A stretch of 64,000 nucleotides of DNA from the NCBI GenBank assembly GCA_038087875.1, contig CM075991.1:6200001-6264000 (forward strand), read 5' to 3'. The stretch comes from Malacoraja senta. Its lineage: Eukaryota. Shown here piece after piece: positions 1-12,100 of this stretch (positions are counted from its first letter, which is position 1; the number at the start of each line of letters is the position of its first letter). Made by a program: the position numbers and the translations under genes. The notes beneath the pieces are model-generated. The model was not told the DNA's origin and made no database searches. It saw only the letters and a program-made list of their open reading frames with translations.

Positions 1-369
1 GCACCTCCCCTTCTCCTAATCTGACACCATTCAGATAATAATCTACCTTCCTGTTCTTGCCACCAAAGTGCATAACCTCACATTTATCCACATTATACTG
101 CATCTGCCATGCTTCTGCCCACTCATCCAACCTATCCAAGTCACCCTGCAGCCTCATAGCATCCTCATCGCAGCTCACACTGCTACCCAGCTTTGTGTCA
201 TCCGCAAACTTAGAGATGTTAAATTTAATTCCCTCGTCTAAATCGTTAATATATATTGTAAACAACTGGGGTCCCAGTACCGAGCCTTGCAGCACACCAC
301 TAGTCACTGCATGCCATTCTGAAAAGGACCCGTTAATTCCTACTCTTTGCTTCCAGTCTGCCAACCAGT
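1..369 (-). mobile_element. CR1-clade LINE RT fragment, cut by the duplication junction (also ~10914-11989)
   Basis: Minus frame encodes QGSVLGPQLFTIYINDLD...KFADDTKL (ORF 11616-12020). Confidence 0.93.
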
Positions 370-1666
370 CTGCCACAGAAGGTAGTAGAGGCCAATTCAC
401 TGGATGAATTTAAAAGTGTTAGATAGAGCTCTAGGGGCTGGCGAAATCAAGGGATATGGGGAGAAGGTAGGCATGGGTTACTGATTGTGGATGATTAGCC
501 ATGATCACAATGAAGGGCCAAATGGCCTCCTTCTGCACCTACTTTCTATGTTTCTATGTAAGGCTGTCAAAGGTTATGGGGAGAAGGCAGGAGAATGGGG
601 TTGAGGGGGGGTGCAGATCAGCCATGATTGAATGGTGGAGTAGACTTGATGGGCTGAATGGCCTAACTCTACTGTGTCTTATGATCTTATTACCAGATAC
701 TATCAATCTAAAGGAGCCATCAGAATAAAAAGGTGGTGCAAAGAGAATTTTCTTCTGACGGGGGAAGTTAAGAGTTGAAATATGCTGCTTCTTGGAACAC
801 ACTATCAAAAGCATTCCACAGGATCATTCTTAAAAGATGCACTTCTATTGGAGTCCTTACATCCCTTTCAGACATAGAGTGCTTTTGTAAAGCAGTCAGT
901 GTTACATACAAAAGTTGGCAGACAGTGAAACTCAGCAAGCTGGCACAAACTACACCATAATAGTGACAAGGCAATCTGCTTTTTTCTTCTGTAATGTTTA
1001 TCAAGGGATACTTATTAACAGGTATCACGGTATAACCCTTCTATTCCTCACAATATTGCCACAGAAAATGTTATGTCCATCTTTGGCATAAAATGTCATG
1101 ACAGGATTTGCACTGGAGTGTCAGAGGATGATTTTTCTGCTCGTTGTCTGGAGCGGGTCTCGAACCCACCACCTTCTGACTGCTAACAACCCACCTTCAG
1201 CAAACATCCAGAGATGGTGTCTGACCCGCAGAGTTACTCCAGCATTGCATCTATCTTGCCAAAGACAATTGGGTTTGCACTTGTGTAGCTGGCTAATGGG
1301 GAAGGGCTGCAGTGTGGAGGATAGATCATATAATTCTTTCAAAAGACCATATTGGGGGAGTTCAGAACCAGGGGTCCCACAGTTTAAGATCTGTGGAATT
1401 CTCTGCCACAGAAGGCAGTGGAGGCCAATTCACTGGATGTTTTCAAGTAAGAGTTAGATATAGCTCTTAGGGCTAACGGAATCAAGGGACATGGGGAGAA
1501 AACAGGAACGGGGTACTGATTTTAGATGATCAGCCATGATCATATTGAATGGCAGTGTTGGCTCGAAGGGTCAAAAGGCCTACTCCTGCACCTATTTTCT
1601 ATGTTTCTATGATACGCTGAATCGATCCTGTCATTCTTTTTAGGGGATTGAGTGTCCTACTGTTGG

Positions 1667-1701
<35 letters not shown>

Positions 1702-1970
1702 CACTCACACATAGAAACACAGAGGTCCCAAACATAGGATTGAATGCTTTCTCCACTGGAACTCATGCAGGATCTAAACACTCTTTTTCGGCCGCCACAA
1801 ATGCTACCCAACTCCACCGAGTTCCTCCAGCAGCTCGTATTTTGTTCCCTCTGGGACTAATCTCCGACATCTCTGCGCAACTTCTACCTAGCGTCTACTG
1901 CATGTCAGAATTTAATCATTCCCACCATTGGCAGCCATTCAATCATTCATCAGCCAAGCCTGGAATTCAG

Positions 1971-2480
1971 GGCAGCACTGTCTCGCAGCGCTAGAGATCC
2001 GGGTTCGATCCCCACCTCGGGCGTGTCTGCGCGGAGTTTGTACGTGCTCCCTGCGACCAGGTGGGTCTCCTCCGGGTGCTCTGGTTCCCTCCCACATCCC
2101 AAATACGTGCAGATTTGTAGGTCGACACAAAGCGCTGGAGTAACTCAGCAGGTCAGGCGGCACCACTGGGGAAAAACCTTGGATGACGACAGAGTCTGAA
2201 GAAGGGTCCTGACCCGAAATGTCACCGATCCTTTCTCTCCAGAGATGCTGCCTGACCCGCCGAGTTATTCCAGGACTTTGCGTCTATCTTTTAATATAAG
2301 CCAGCATCTGCAGCTCCTTGTTTCTACAGACTTGTAGGTGGAGTGGTGCTCCCCCAGGCGTGGAAGGGGTGTACGCGAAAGTGGGATAACATAGAACCAG
2401 TGGGAACGGGAGATCGATGGTCGGCACAAAGCCGGTGGGGCTGAAGGGCCTGTTTACATGCTGTATCTTTCAATAAAAAA
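1971..2480 (+). mobile_element. HE1/V-SINE interrupted by a Penelope-derived palindromic element (~2122-2328); copy at ~13593-14100
   Basis: tRNA-like head with B box ggttcgatccc, V-domain-like core and CR1-like tail. The insert has inverted arms around CTGAAGA-agggtcctgaccc-GAAA. Confidence 0.75.
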
Positions 2481-2881
2481 AATCAATGAATTCTCTCCTT
2501 AAATCTCTCTCCTTTGCTCAATGACACTCCTTATGTCAGCTAGACCTTGCCTCATGTGCCCTGTTACAGGGCAATGTGACAAATATTGCTTCCCTCACGC
2601 TCAGTACAGAACGCCACAGGAGATCCTTCTTCCCTGTGGCTATCAAACTGTACAACTCCTCCCCCCTTCTGTCGTGGAGTAGACCGACTCCCCACCCCTC
2701 CAATCTTTGCACATCCCCAATCCTTTCCACTCGTCACTTTAATTTCATGTTTCATGTATTTTGTGTTTTATAATTTCCCTCCTGGGATAAATAAAAGTTC
2801 TATCTTCTCGTACTCAGGCTGCTATCTAAATGGGTACAAGGTGCTACATGAATGCATGTTGACGCTTTGGTCGACTCTTAC

Positions 2882-2989
2882 CGGCACTGGGTAGAATGAA
2901 GCTGAGTGTTTCTCATCCTCGTACTTGCTATCGGATGCGCTCCCGGGCTCCATGCTGCCCTTGGTGGTTGTATTTCTGCCGTTTCCCAT
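2882..2989 (-). CDS. slc23a2: SVCT2 / solute carrier family 23 member 2, coding part of first coding exon (copy 1); whole exon 2882-3171
   Basis: Minus strand: acceptor ttttattttttatttgattttcag| before 3171, ATG at 2989, 36 codons MGNGRNTTTKGSMEPGSASDSKYEDEKHSASFYPVP, then phase-0 donor |GTAAGA (2881-2876). Matches the human SVCT2 N-terminus as recalled ([36 protein letters not shown]). Confidence 0.88.
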
Positions 2990-3372
2990 CGGTTTCCACA
3001 AGGAACAGAGGCGGAGGGGGTTGAGCGTCTGGTACGAAAATACACCAGGGAGTAGGCTGGGGGGGGGAGGTCAGTTTTCCCACACACCGGCCCCCAGGGA
3101 AGTCAGGTATCAATCAGACGCTCTGCTGACATGACTTGACAATCCAGACGAGTCTGCATACGTCACTAGGTCTGAAAATCAAATAAAAAATAAAACAGAA
3201 TACGTTTCAATTTGAGAATCTGGAACCTGCCTACCATGCAATTACAGACTGGCAAGATGACACTACGCCCAGGAATGATCTTAATAAATGCCATCATTTC
3301 ACCATACAATAGGCAAGGAAAGAAAATTCCATCTGTCAGTCTACAAAGCAATATTTCATACATCTCCGATCT

Positions 3373-3687
3373 GGGCAGCACTGTTTCAAGCAGTAGAGTT
3401 TCTGCCTTACAGCGGCAGAAGACCCAGGTTAGGTCCGAACTATGGGTGCTGTCTGTACAGAGTTCATACGTTCTCCCTGTCTCCACCTGGGTTTTCTAGG
3501 GGTGCACTGGTTTTCTCCCACACTCCAAAGACACACAGGCAAACGCAGGTTAATTAGCTTTGGTAAGTTGTAAAAATATTTGTCCATAGTGCGTGCGTAG
3601 GTTAGTGTACAGGGTGATCGCTGGTTGGCACGGACTCAGTGGGCTGAAGGGCCTGTTTCAAAGCTGTATCTCTAAAGTCTAAAGGTC
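3373..3687 (+). mobile_element. HE1/V-SINE (copy ~14995-15307)
   Basis: gggcagcac... head, ggtgctgtctgtacagagtt core, gggctgaagggcctgtttc...ctgtatctctaaa tail. Confidence 0.85.
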
Positions 3688-4582
3688 TGTTTAACAATAT
3701 CAATTCACATCACAGGCAGGTACGATAGTGGCGTTTACGAGGCTTTTAGATAGGAACATGGGTGTGCAGGGAATGGAGGAATATGGATTGTGTACAGGCA
3801 GATAAGTGTTGGCCGGGAAGGACATTGTGGGTCAAAGAGCCTGATCTTGAGCTGGACTGCTTCACATGGTGTGGTTTGAGTTCCCAGTTTCTACAGGATC
3901 ATGTACAGGCAGATGAGAGCAGTTTAACTCTCGGCATCATGTTCGACAAAAAGCATTGTGGGCCGAAGTGCACCTTCCCGTGTTGTAACTGTTGTCAAAG
4001 TTCAGCCTTCTTCCACATGCTGCCGGTAACAAAAGCAAACACGTTGCTTGAGCACTAACTACGTAATCTCAGTTACTCAGGCGCCATGAGTTTGCAAATT
4101 TAAGGTATTTGAAGTGAACAGTGGGATGATGAAGACAGTATCCTTCTCACGGAAAAGTGTGTGTGTGTGTGTGGTTAGCGAGAGATGAGAGAGAGAGAGA
4201 GAGAGAGAGTGGAGGGGACATGTCTGTATACGCGCGTTTAGAAAGGCTTATGGTGTTTAGATATGAGCCCTTGAAGTGCACACGAGAAGCCGCCATGAAA
4301 ATAAAGCCCACGCCACCCCTCCCCCCAAAACATATTTATAAAACATCCACACAGCCTCTACCGCCAATATATCTTGTGTAACACAATTTAACAGCAACGG
4401 GGACAAGCGCTGGATCTGACAACAGGAGAGAGGGATCAATGCATGTAAATAGAAGGGGGGGGGGAGAGTGGAGAGTCACTGCGATCCGTGGCATTGTCTT
4501 CTTAACCCCTTCCATCTTCACAGCCCGCTGTCATTCCCTCAATGCAGGGACATCATCCACATTTATGAAATCTGCTTTTCTC

Positions 4583-5050
4583 ATCTCCCCTTCCTTCTCC
4601 TCTCCTTCCTCTCTCTCCCTCTTCTTTCTCCCTCCCCTTCCTCTCCCCTCTTCTTTCTCCCTCCTCTCTCTCTCTCCTTCCTTCTCCCTCTCCTCTCTCT
4701 CCCTCCTCTCTCTCCTTCCTTCTCCCTCTCCTCTCTCTCTCTCTCTCCCTCCCCTCTCCCATCTTCTTTCTCCCTCCCCCTCTCTTCCTCCTCTCTCTCT
4801 CCCCTCTTCTCTCTCATTCTCTTTCTCCCTTCTCTCTCTCTCCCACCCCCCTCTCTCCCCCTCTTCTCTCTCATTCTCGCTCTCCCACCCCCCTCTATCA
4901 CCCTCTTCTCTCCCACTCCTCTCTTCTCTCTCATTCTCTCTCTCCCTTCTCTCTCCCACTCCCCTCTTCTCTCTCTCCCTTCTCTCTCTCCCCACCCCCC
5001 CCCCCCTCCCCCTCTCTACCTCCCTCTGTCCCTCTCCTTCCCGCTCTCGC
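4583..5050. repeat. Polypyrimidine (CT-rich) low-complexity tract (second copy ~16197-16666)
   Basis: ~470 bp that is almost entirely C/T on the + strand. Confidence 0.95.
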
Positions 5051-5334
5051 TTATAATTGCTGCGAGCCGTGGCCGGGGGAAGGAAGGCCAGAGAGGGGGA
5101 AGCTTGCGATGCAAATCCATCCACCTCCAGGCTCCGTCTGCAAAGCTCCCAGCGGAGGCCAACGCAACCTTCCAACAAGCGGGTGAAAGTGACATGAAAG
5201 CCGCACCGTGGAGCCTCTGCAATAACGGGAAAGGGGCAAAGCTTGCTCTGGTTGGTGCAAGCTGCATGGGGGGGTGGGTGGTGCAGCTGCGGCGGATGAA
5301 CCGGCTGGCCGTGCATGGAGAGAGAGCTCCTTAC

Positions 5335-5610
5335 CTTGCCAGCGATGCCTCTCACCGCTCCAGCAACCCCACTGCCGGCTGCTAACCGTGCCGGCTCCGC
5401 GCTCCACAACCCGGGCTTCTCAGCCACTGCTGTTCCTGCACTGTGTGCTGGTTTGCAGCCGGAAGACATCACCCGACCCAGCTCTGCTCAACGTCATTCA
5501 CAGGAGAACAGAACCAATTGAGCAGCCGCCTTCCAACGTGCACAGCCACTCACTTGGCAAAACAAAAAAAAGCGCCATCTGCAGTCACCCTCTGATGTGA
5601 ACAGCTAACC
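5335..5610 (-). other. Candidate non-coding upstream exon / CpG-rich promoter region of slc23a2 (second copy ~16948-17220)
   Basis: Non-repeat CpG-rich sequence ~2.2 kb upstream of the coding exon, with a strong donor AAG|GTAAGG at 5335/5334. The 5' boundary is not defined. Confidence 0.35.
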
Positions 5611-5954
5611 TGTTCATTGCACAGAAAGTCCTGGAGGCAGTCCTCTAGGATTCATGATTTTACGGAGAATTAAAAAAAATCCCCCTGTAGGAATAGGCAA
5701 CTCAAGCCACACTGTGTACACGCAGAACAGCACAACACAAGATTGGGCCCTGATCTTGTATCTCTATCTCCCTCTGCCCTGACTAACAGTCTGAAGCAGG
5801 GGATAGACACAAAATGCGTGGAGTAACTCAACGAGACCCTGCTTCAGACTCAGTTCAGATTTAGTCTGAAGCAGGGTCTCGACCCGAAACGCCCCCATTT
5901 CTTGTATCCAGAGATGCTGCCTGTCCCGCTGAGTTACTCCCAGCATGTAAAATT

Positions 5955-6583
5955 TTCAAGATTCAAGAGAGTTTATTGTCATGTGTCCCCTGATAGGACA
6001 ATGAAATTCTTGCTTTTGCTTCAGCACAACAGAACATAGTAGGCATTGACTACAAAACAGATCTAGTGTGTCCATATACCATTATGTAAATATATACACA
6101 CATTGAATAAAATAAACTAGGGGAACTGATGAAGTGCAAATAACAAGATAATGGGCTATTAATGTTCAGAGTTTTTGTCCGAGCCACGTTTAATAGCCTG
6201 ATGGCTGGTGGGGAAGTAGCTATTCCTGAACCTGGTCGTTGCAGTCTTCAGGCTCCTGTACCTTCCACCTGAAGGTAGCGGGGAGATGAAGTGTGTGGCC
6301 AGGATGGTGTGGGTCCTTGATGATACTGCCAGCCTTTTTTTGAGGCAGCGACTGCGATAGATCCCCCTCGATGGAATGGACGTCAGAGCCGATGATGGAC
6401 TGGGCAGTGTTTACTAGACTTTTTGTAGCCTTTTCCTCTCCAGGGCGCTCAAGTTACCGAACCAAGCCACGATACAACCGGTCAGCATGCTCTCTACTGT
6501 GCACCTGTAGAAGTTAGAGAGTCCGTCCTTGACAAACCGACTCTCCCGTAATCTCAGGAAGTAGAGGCGCTGATGTGCTTTCT
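5955..6583 (-). mobile_element. Rex1/Babar-like LINE 3' fragment (copy ~17565-18180)
   Basis: Minus frame LTGCIVAWFGN...RKRLQKVVNTAQSIIG...IYRSRCLKK (ORF 17822-18085); 3' tail with gacaataaa. Confidence 0.85.
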
Positions 6584-6647
6584 TAATAATTGCTAAATTT
6601 TGTGTTTATCTTCGGTTTAAAGCAGCATCTGCAGTTCTTTTCTACAC

Positions 6648-7128
6648 AAGCCGGTGCTGAACAACAGCGCGGCCGGTGCTTGAACAACATCGCGGAGTCC
6701 TGGGGCCCTTTACCGAGGGCCGCCAGCGTTGAATCTCCGCCCAGCATGGCCTGTGGACTTTGGGAGCCGCGGAACCCGGTAGGAGGTGGCCGACTCTGAT
6801 GTCCAGGCCGCTGAGGACCCCAGCCCCGACGTCGGACTTGCATCACCCCGGCGAGCGGGCCTGAACATCGGGCCCGCCCGTAGCGGCGACTGCGGTGGGC
6901 TCGGGGAGGCCCACGACCACGGGTGAACATTGGGGAACATTAGAGGAAGATGACTGACTTTGGGTGCCTTCCCTCACAGTGGCTAACTTTGATTCTGCTG
7001 TGTGGGGATGTTTTATGTTGAACTCTATCGTGTGTTGTGTTCTTTATTTTTATTGTATGGCTGTATGGTGACCACACATTTCACTGTGCCAACCGGCACA
7101 TGTGACAATAAATGTATCTTGTATCTTG
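6648..7128 (+). mobile_element. 5'-truncated GC-rich non-autonomous retroelement with Rex-like 3' tail (copy ~18245-18720)
   Basis: Similar to 21909-22726; ends with stem-loop + gacaataaa + (GTATCTT)n. Confidence 0.65.
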
Positions 7129-7594
7129 TAAGATCAGGCCCGTCTGCCCATAATGTTTGTGCCAAAATGTGCTCATGATCATTGGATATGTAGGGAATGG
7201 GGAGATATGGATCATGTGTAGGAAGAGAAGATTTAGTTTATCTTGGCTTCGTGTGTTGTACATGCACATTGTGGGCAGAAGGCCCTTTCCCTGTCCTACA
7301 AAACTTAAATCTTCAGGGGAATTAAAAACAATTCTGGAGGGTGAGAGGGAACAGAGTGTAACATGTACATGAAGCACCCTCTTACATGAACCAGCACATT
7401 ACCCCAGGGTAGAAAAGAGGTTAGATTAACTTGGCATCATGTTGGGTGCCGACATTGTGGGCCAAAGAGACTGTTACCATGCTGTACTTTTCTGTGTTCT
7501 TGATAAGATCCAAGTCAAAATTCGTCTCTCCTCTCCAGTGTAATCACATGTTCCTGTAATGTGACTAGATCTGTCCATTAGGCTTAAGCTGTGG

Positions 7595-8428
7595 CAAGAT
7601 ACAAGATACATTTATTTGTCACATGTACCAATTGTACAGTGAAATGTCGTGGTCGCCATACAGCCATACGAATAATAAAGAGCATAGAACACGATAGTCC
7701 CCACACAACGGAATCAACGTTTCCCACTGTGAGGGAAGGCTCCAATCATCCTCCTCTGTTGTTCACCCGTGGTCGGGGGGCTCCGAACCCCTCGCAGTCG
7801 CCGCTATGGGCGGCCCGATGTTCAGGCCCTCTCGCCGGGATGATGGAACTCCGACATCGGAAGACGGGAGAACCACCTCAACCGGCTTCGACATCCAAAT
7901 CGGCCACTTCCTACCGGAGTCCGCGGCTCCCGAAGTCCACAGGCCGCGCTGGGCGGAGATTCAACGCTGGCGGCCCTCGTCAAAGGGTCCAGGACTCCGC
8001 GATGTTGAAGTCAGCGCCGCCCGCGCTGGGTGCTCCGCAAACCACAGCTCCCCGATGTTGAAGCAGCAGGCCCAGCACTCCGGAGCTTCAAACGGCGATC
8101 CAGGTAGGTATTGCACGCTCCGCGGTGAATCCAGTGCTGCGCCGCCGCTGCTGAAGCTTTGGCCGGTCCCCGGCAGGAAAGGCCGCTCCAATCCAGTTGG
8201 TTGGTCGTGAGGAGGGGGGGCGAGGACGCGACTCGGAGAATAGTCGCATCCTCGCCAGGAAGTGACTGGGCAACGGTTTCCCCCTTACCCTACCCACCTC
8301 CCCCCACATTAGAAAAACAAAAGAAACCTCCAAAACCCACTTTTAAAACAGACTAAAAATTTAAAAAAGATAGAAAAAACAGACAGACTGGAGGCAGAGG
8401 CAGGCCATCATTGCGGCGCCCCTAGTGG
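7595..8428 (-). mobile_element. Full-length ~830 bp GC-rich non-autonomous retroelement (copies ~9805-10628, ~19185-20008)
   Basis: 5' ggggcgccgc..atggctgcc leader, T-rich block, GC-rich body, stem-loop/gacaataaa/(GTATCTT)n tail. No convincing protein. Confidence 0.7.
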
Positions 8429-8933
8429 TAGCAAGATAAGCATTGTAGACAACTGTAGCATAACCTCCATGCTGTTATGTTCAGTTTTGTTTATTGTCAC
8501 GGTTGTACCGAGGTACAGTGATAAGCTTTTGTTGCATGCTAACCAGTCAGCAAAAAGACAATACATGATTACAATCGATCCATTTACAGTGTATAGATAG
8601 ATGATAAGGAATAATGTTTAGTGCCAGGTATAGCCAGCAAAGTCCGATCATGGATAGTCCAAGGGTCATCAAAGAGGTGGATAGTAGTTCAGCACTGCTC
8701 TCTGGTTGTGGTAGGATAGAAACATAAAAAACAGAACATAGAAATACGTGCAGGAGTAGGTCATTTGGCCCTATGAGCCAGCACCTTCATTCAATATGAT
8801 CATGGCTGATCATCCAAATTCAGTACCCCCATTCCGGCTTTTCCCCCATATCCCTTGATTCCCTTAGCCCTAAGAGCTAAATTTCACTCTCTCTTGAAAA
8901 CATCCAGTTGAATTGGTCTGTGGCAGAGAATTC

Positions 8934-9133
8934 NNNNNNNNNNNNNNNNNNNNNNNNNNNNNNNNNNNNNNNNNNNNNNNNNNNNNNNNNNNNNNNNNNN
9001 NNNNNNNNNNNNNNNNNNNNNNNNNNNNNNNNNNNNNNNNNNNNNNNNNNNNNNNNNNNNNNNNNNNNNNNNNNNNNNNNNNNNNNNNNNNNNNNNNNNN
9101 NNNNNNNNNNNNNNNNNNNNNNNNNNNNNNNNN
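8934..9133. other. Assembly gap (200 N) with redundant flanks
   Basis: 200 N. Sequence after the gap (9134-11128) repeats sequence before it (6922-8933). Confidence 0.99.
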
Positions 9134-12100
9134 GGTGAACATTGGGGAACATTAGAGGAAGATGACTGACTTTTGGTGCCTTCCCTCACAGTGGCTAACT
9201 TTGATTCTGCTGTGTGGGGATGTTTTATGTTGAACTCTATCGTGTGTTGTGTTCTTTATTTTTTATTGTATGGCTGTATGGTGACCACACATTTCACTGT
9301 GCCAACCGGCACATGTGACAATAAATGTATCTTGTATCTTGTAAGATCAGGCCCGTCTGCCCATAATGTTTGTGCCAAATGTGCTCATGATCATTGGATA
9401 TGTAGGGAATGGGGAGATATGGATCATGTGTAGGAAGAGAAGATTTAGTTTATCTTGGCTTCGTGTTGTACATGCACATTGTGGGCAGAAGGCCCTTTCC
9501 CTGTCCTACAAAACTTAAATCTTCAGGGGAATTAAAAACATTCTGGAGGGTGAGAGGGAACAGAGTGTAACATGTACATGAAGCACCCTCTTACATGAAC
9601 CAGCACATTACCCCAGGTAGAAAAGAGGTTAGATTAACTTGGCATCATGTTGGGTGCCGACATTGTGGGCCAAAGAGACTGTTACCATGCTGTACTTTTC
9701 TGTGTTCTTTGATAAGATCCAAGTCAAAATTCGTCTCTCCTCTCCAGTGTAATCACATGTTTCCTGTAATGTGACTAGATCTGTCCATTAGGCTTAAGCT
9801 GTGGCAAGATACAAGATACATTTATTTGTCACATGTACCAATTGTACAGTGAAATGTGTGGTCGCCATACAGCCATACGAATAATAAAGAGCATAGAACA
9901 CGATAGTCCCCACACAACGGAATCAACGTTTCCCACTGTGAGGGAAGGCTCCAATCATCCTCCTCTGTTGTTCACCGTGGTCGGGGGCTCCGAACCCCTC
10001 GCAGTCGCCGCTATGGGCGGCCCGATGTTCAGGCCCTCTCGCCGGGATGATGGAACTCCGACATCGGAACGGGAGAACCACCTCAACGGCTTCGACATCC
10101 AAATCGGCCACTTCCTACCGGAGTCCGCGGCTCCCGAAGTCCACAGGCCGCGCTGGGCGGAGATTCAACGCTGGCGGCCCTCGTCAAAGGGTCCCAGGAC
10201 TCCGCGATGTTGAAGTCAGCGCCGCCCGCGCTGGGTGCTCCGCAAACCACAGCTCCCCGATGTTGAAGCAGCAGGCCCAGCACTCCGGAGCTTCAAACGG
10301 CGATCCAGGTAGGTATTGCACGCTCCGCGGTGAATCCAGTGCTGCGCCGCCGCTGCTGAAGCTTTGGCCGGTCCCCGGCAGGAAAGGCCGCTCCAATCCA
10401 GTTGGTTGGTCGTGAGGAGGGGGGCGAGGACGCGACTCGGAGAATAGTCGCATCCTCGCCAGGAAGTGACTGGGCAACGGTTTCCCCCTTACCCTACCCC
10501 CCTCCCCCACATAGAAAAACAAAAGAAACCTCCAAAACCCACTTTAAAACAGACTAAAAAATTTAAAAAAGATAGAAAAACAGACAGACTGGAGGCAGAG
10601 GCAGCCATCAATGCGGCGCCCCTAGTGGTAGCAAGATAAGCATTGTAACAACTGTAGCATAACCTCCATGCTGTTATGTTCAGTTTTGTTTATTGTCACG
10701 TGTACCGAGGTACAGTGATAAGCTTTTGTTGCATGCTAACCAGTCAGCAAAAAGACAATACATGATTACAATCGATCCATTTACAGTGTATAGATAGATG
10801 ATAAGGGATAATGTTTAGTGCCAGGTATAGCCAGCAAAGTCCGATCATGGATAGTCCAAGGGTCATCAAAGAGGTGGATAGTAGTTCAGCACTGCTCTCT
10901 GGTTGTGGTAGGATAGAAACATAAAAACAGAACATAGAAAATACGTGCAGGAGTAGGTCATTTGGCCCTATGAGCCAGCACCTTCATTCAATATGATCAT
11001 GGCTGATCATCCAAATTCAGTACCCCATTCCGGCTTTTCCCCCATATCCCTTGATTCCCTTAGCCCTAAGAGCTAAATTTCACTCTCTCTTGAAAACATC
11101 CAGTGAATTGGTCTGTGGCAGAGAATTCCACAGATTCACAACTCTCTGGGTTGAAAAGTTTTTCCTCATCTCAGTCCTAAATGGCCTACCCCTTATTCTA
11201 AACTGTGACCCTGGGTCATCGGGAACATTTTTCCTGCATCTACCCTGTCCAATTCTCTAAGAATTATATATGTTTTTATAGGATCCCCTACCATCCTTCT
11301 AAATTCCATTGAATACAAGTCCAGTCAACCCATTCTTCATTATACGTCAGTCCCGCCATCCTGGGAATTAACCTGGTAAACCTACGCTGCATTCCCTCAA
11401 TAGCAATAATGCCCTTCCTCAAATTAGGAGACCAAAATTGCACACAATACTCCAGGTGCGGTCCCTAACAGGGTCCTAAACAACTGCAGTAGGACCTCCT
11501 TGCTCCTAAATTCAAATCTTCTCGCAATGAAGGCCAACATGCCATTGGCTTTCATAACTGCCTGCTATACCTGCATGCTTACTTTCAGAGACTGATGTAA
11601 AAGCACACCCAGGTCTCATTGCACCTCCCCTTCTCCTAATCTGACACCATTCAGATAATAATCTACCTTCCTGTTCTTGCCACCAAAGTGCATAACCTCA
11701 CATTTATCCACATTATACTGCATCTGCCATGCTTCTGCCCACTCATCCAACCTATCCAAGTCACCCTGCAGCCTCATAGCATCCTCATCGCAGCTCACAC
11801 TGCTACCCAGCTTTGTGTCATCCGCAAACTTAGAGATGTTAAATTTAATTCCCTCGTCTAAATCGTTAATATATATTGTAAACAACTGGGGTCCCAGTAC
11901 CGAGCCTTGCAGCACACCACTAGTCACTGCATGCCATTCTGAAAAGGACCCGTTAATTCCTACTCTTTGCTTCCAGTCTGCCAACCAGTCTGCCACAGAA
12001 GGTAGTAGAGGCCAATTCACTGGATGAATTTAAAAGTGTTAGATAGAGCTCTAGGGGCTGGCGAAATCAAGGGATATGGGGAGAAGGTAGGCATGGGTTA

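Noticed and set aside
2878..3134. ORF-track calls overlapping the slc23a2 exon
   Set aside because: Wrong frames or strand; the supported frame starts at ATG 2989 and exits by splicing.
4439..5472. Long S/L/P-rich and R/E/G-rich ORFs (205-313 aa; also 16055-16801)
   Set aside because: By-products of the stop-poor CT tract; frames differ between the two copies.
7591..8356. Overlapping 100-190 aa ORFs in the GC-rich elements (also 19212-19915, 22022-22546)
   Set aside because: Frames are not conserved between family members or tandem copies; expected by chance at high GC.
8870..9189. ORFs containing runs of X
   Set aside because: Translation through the N gap.
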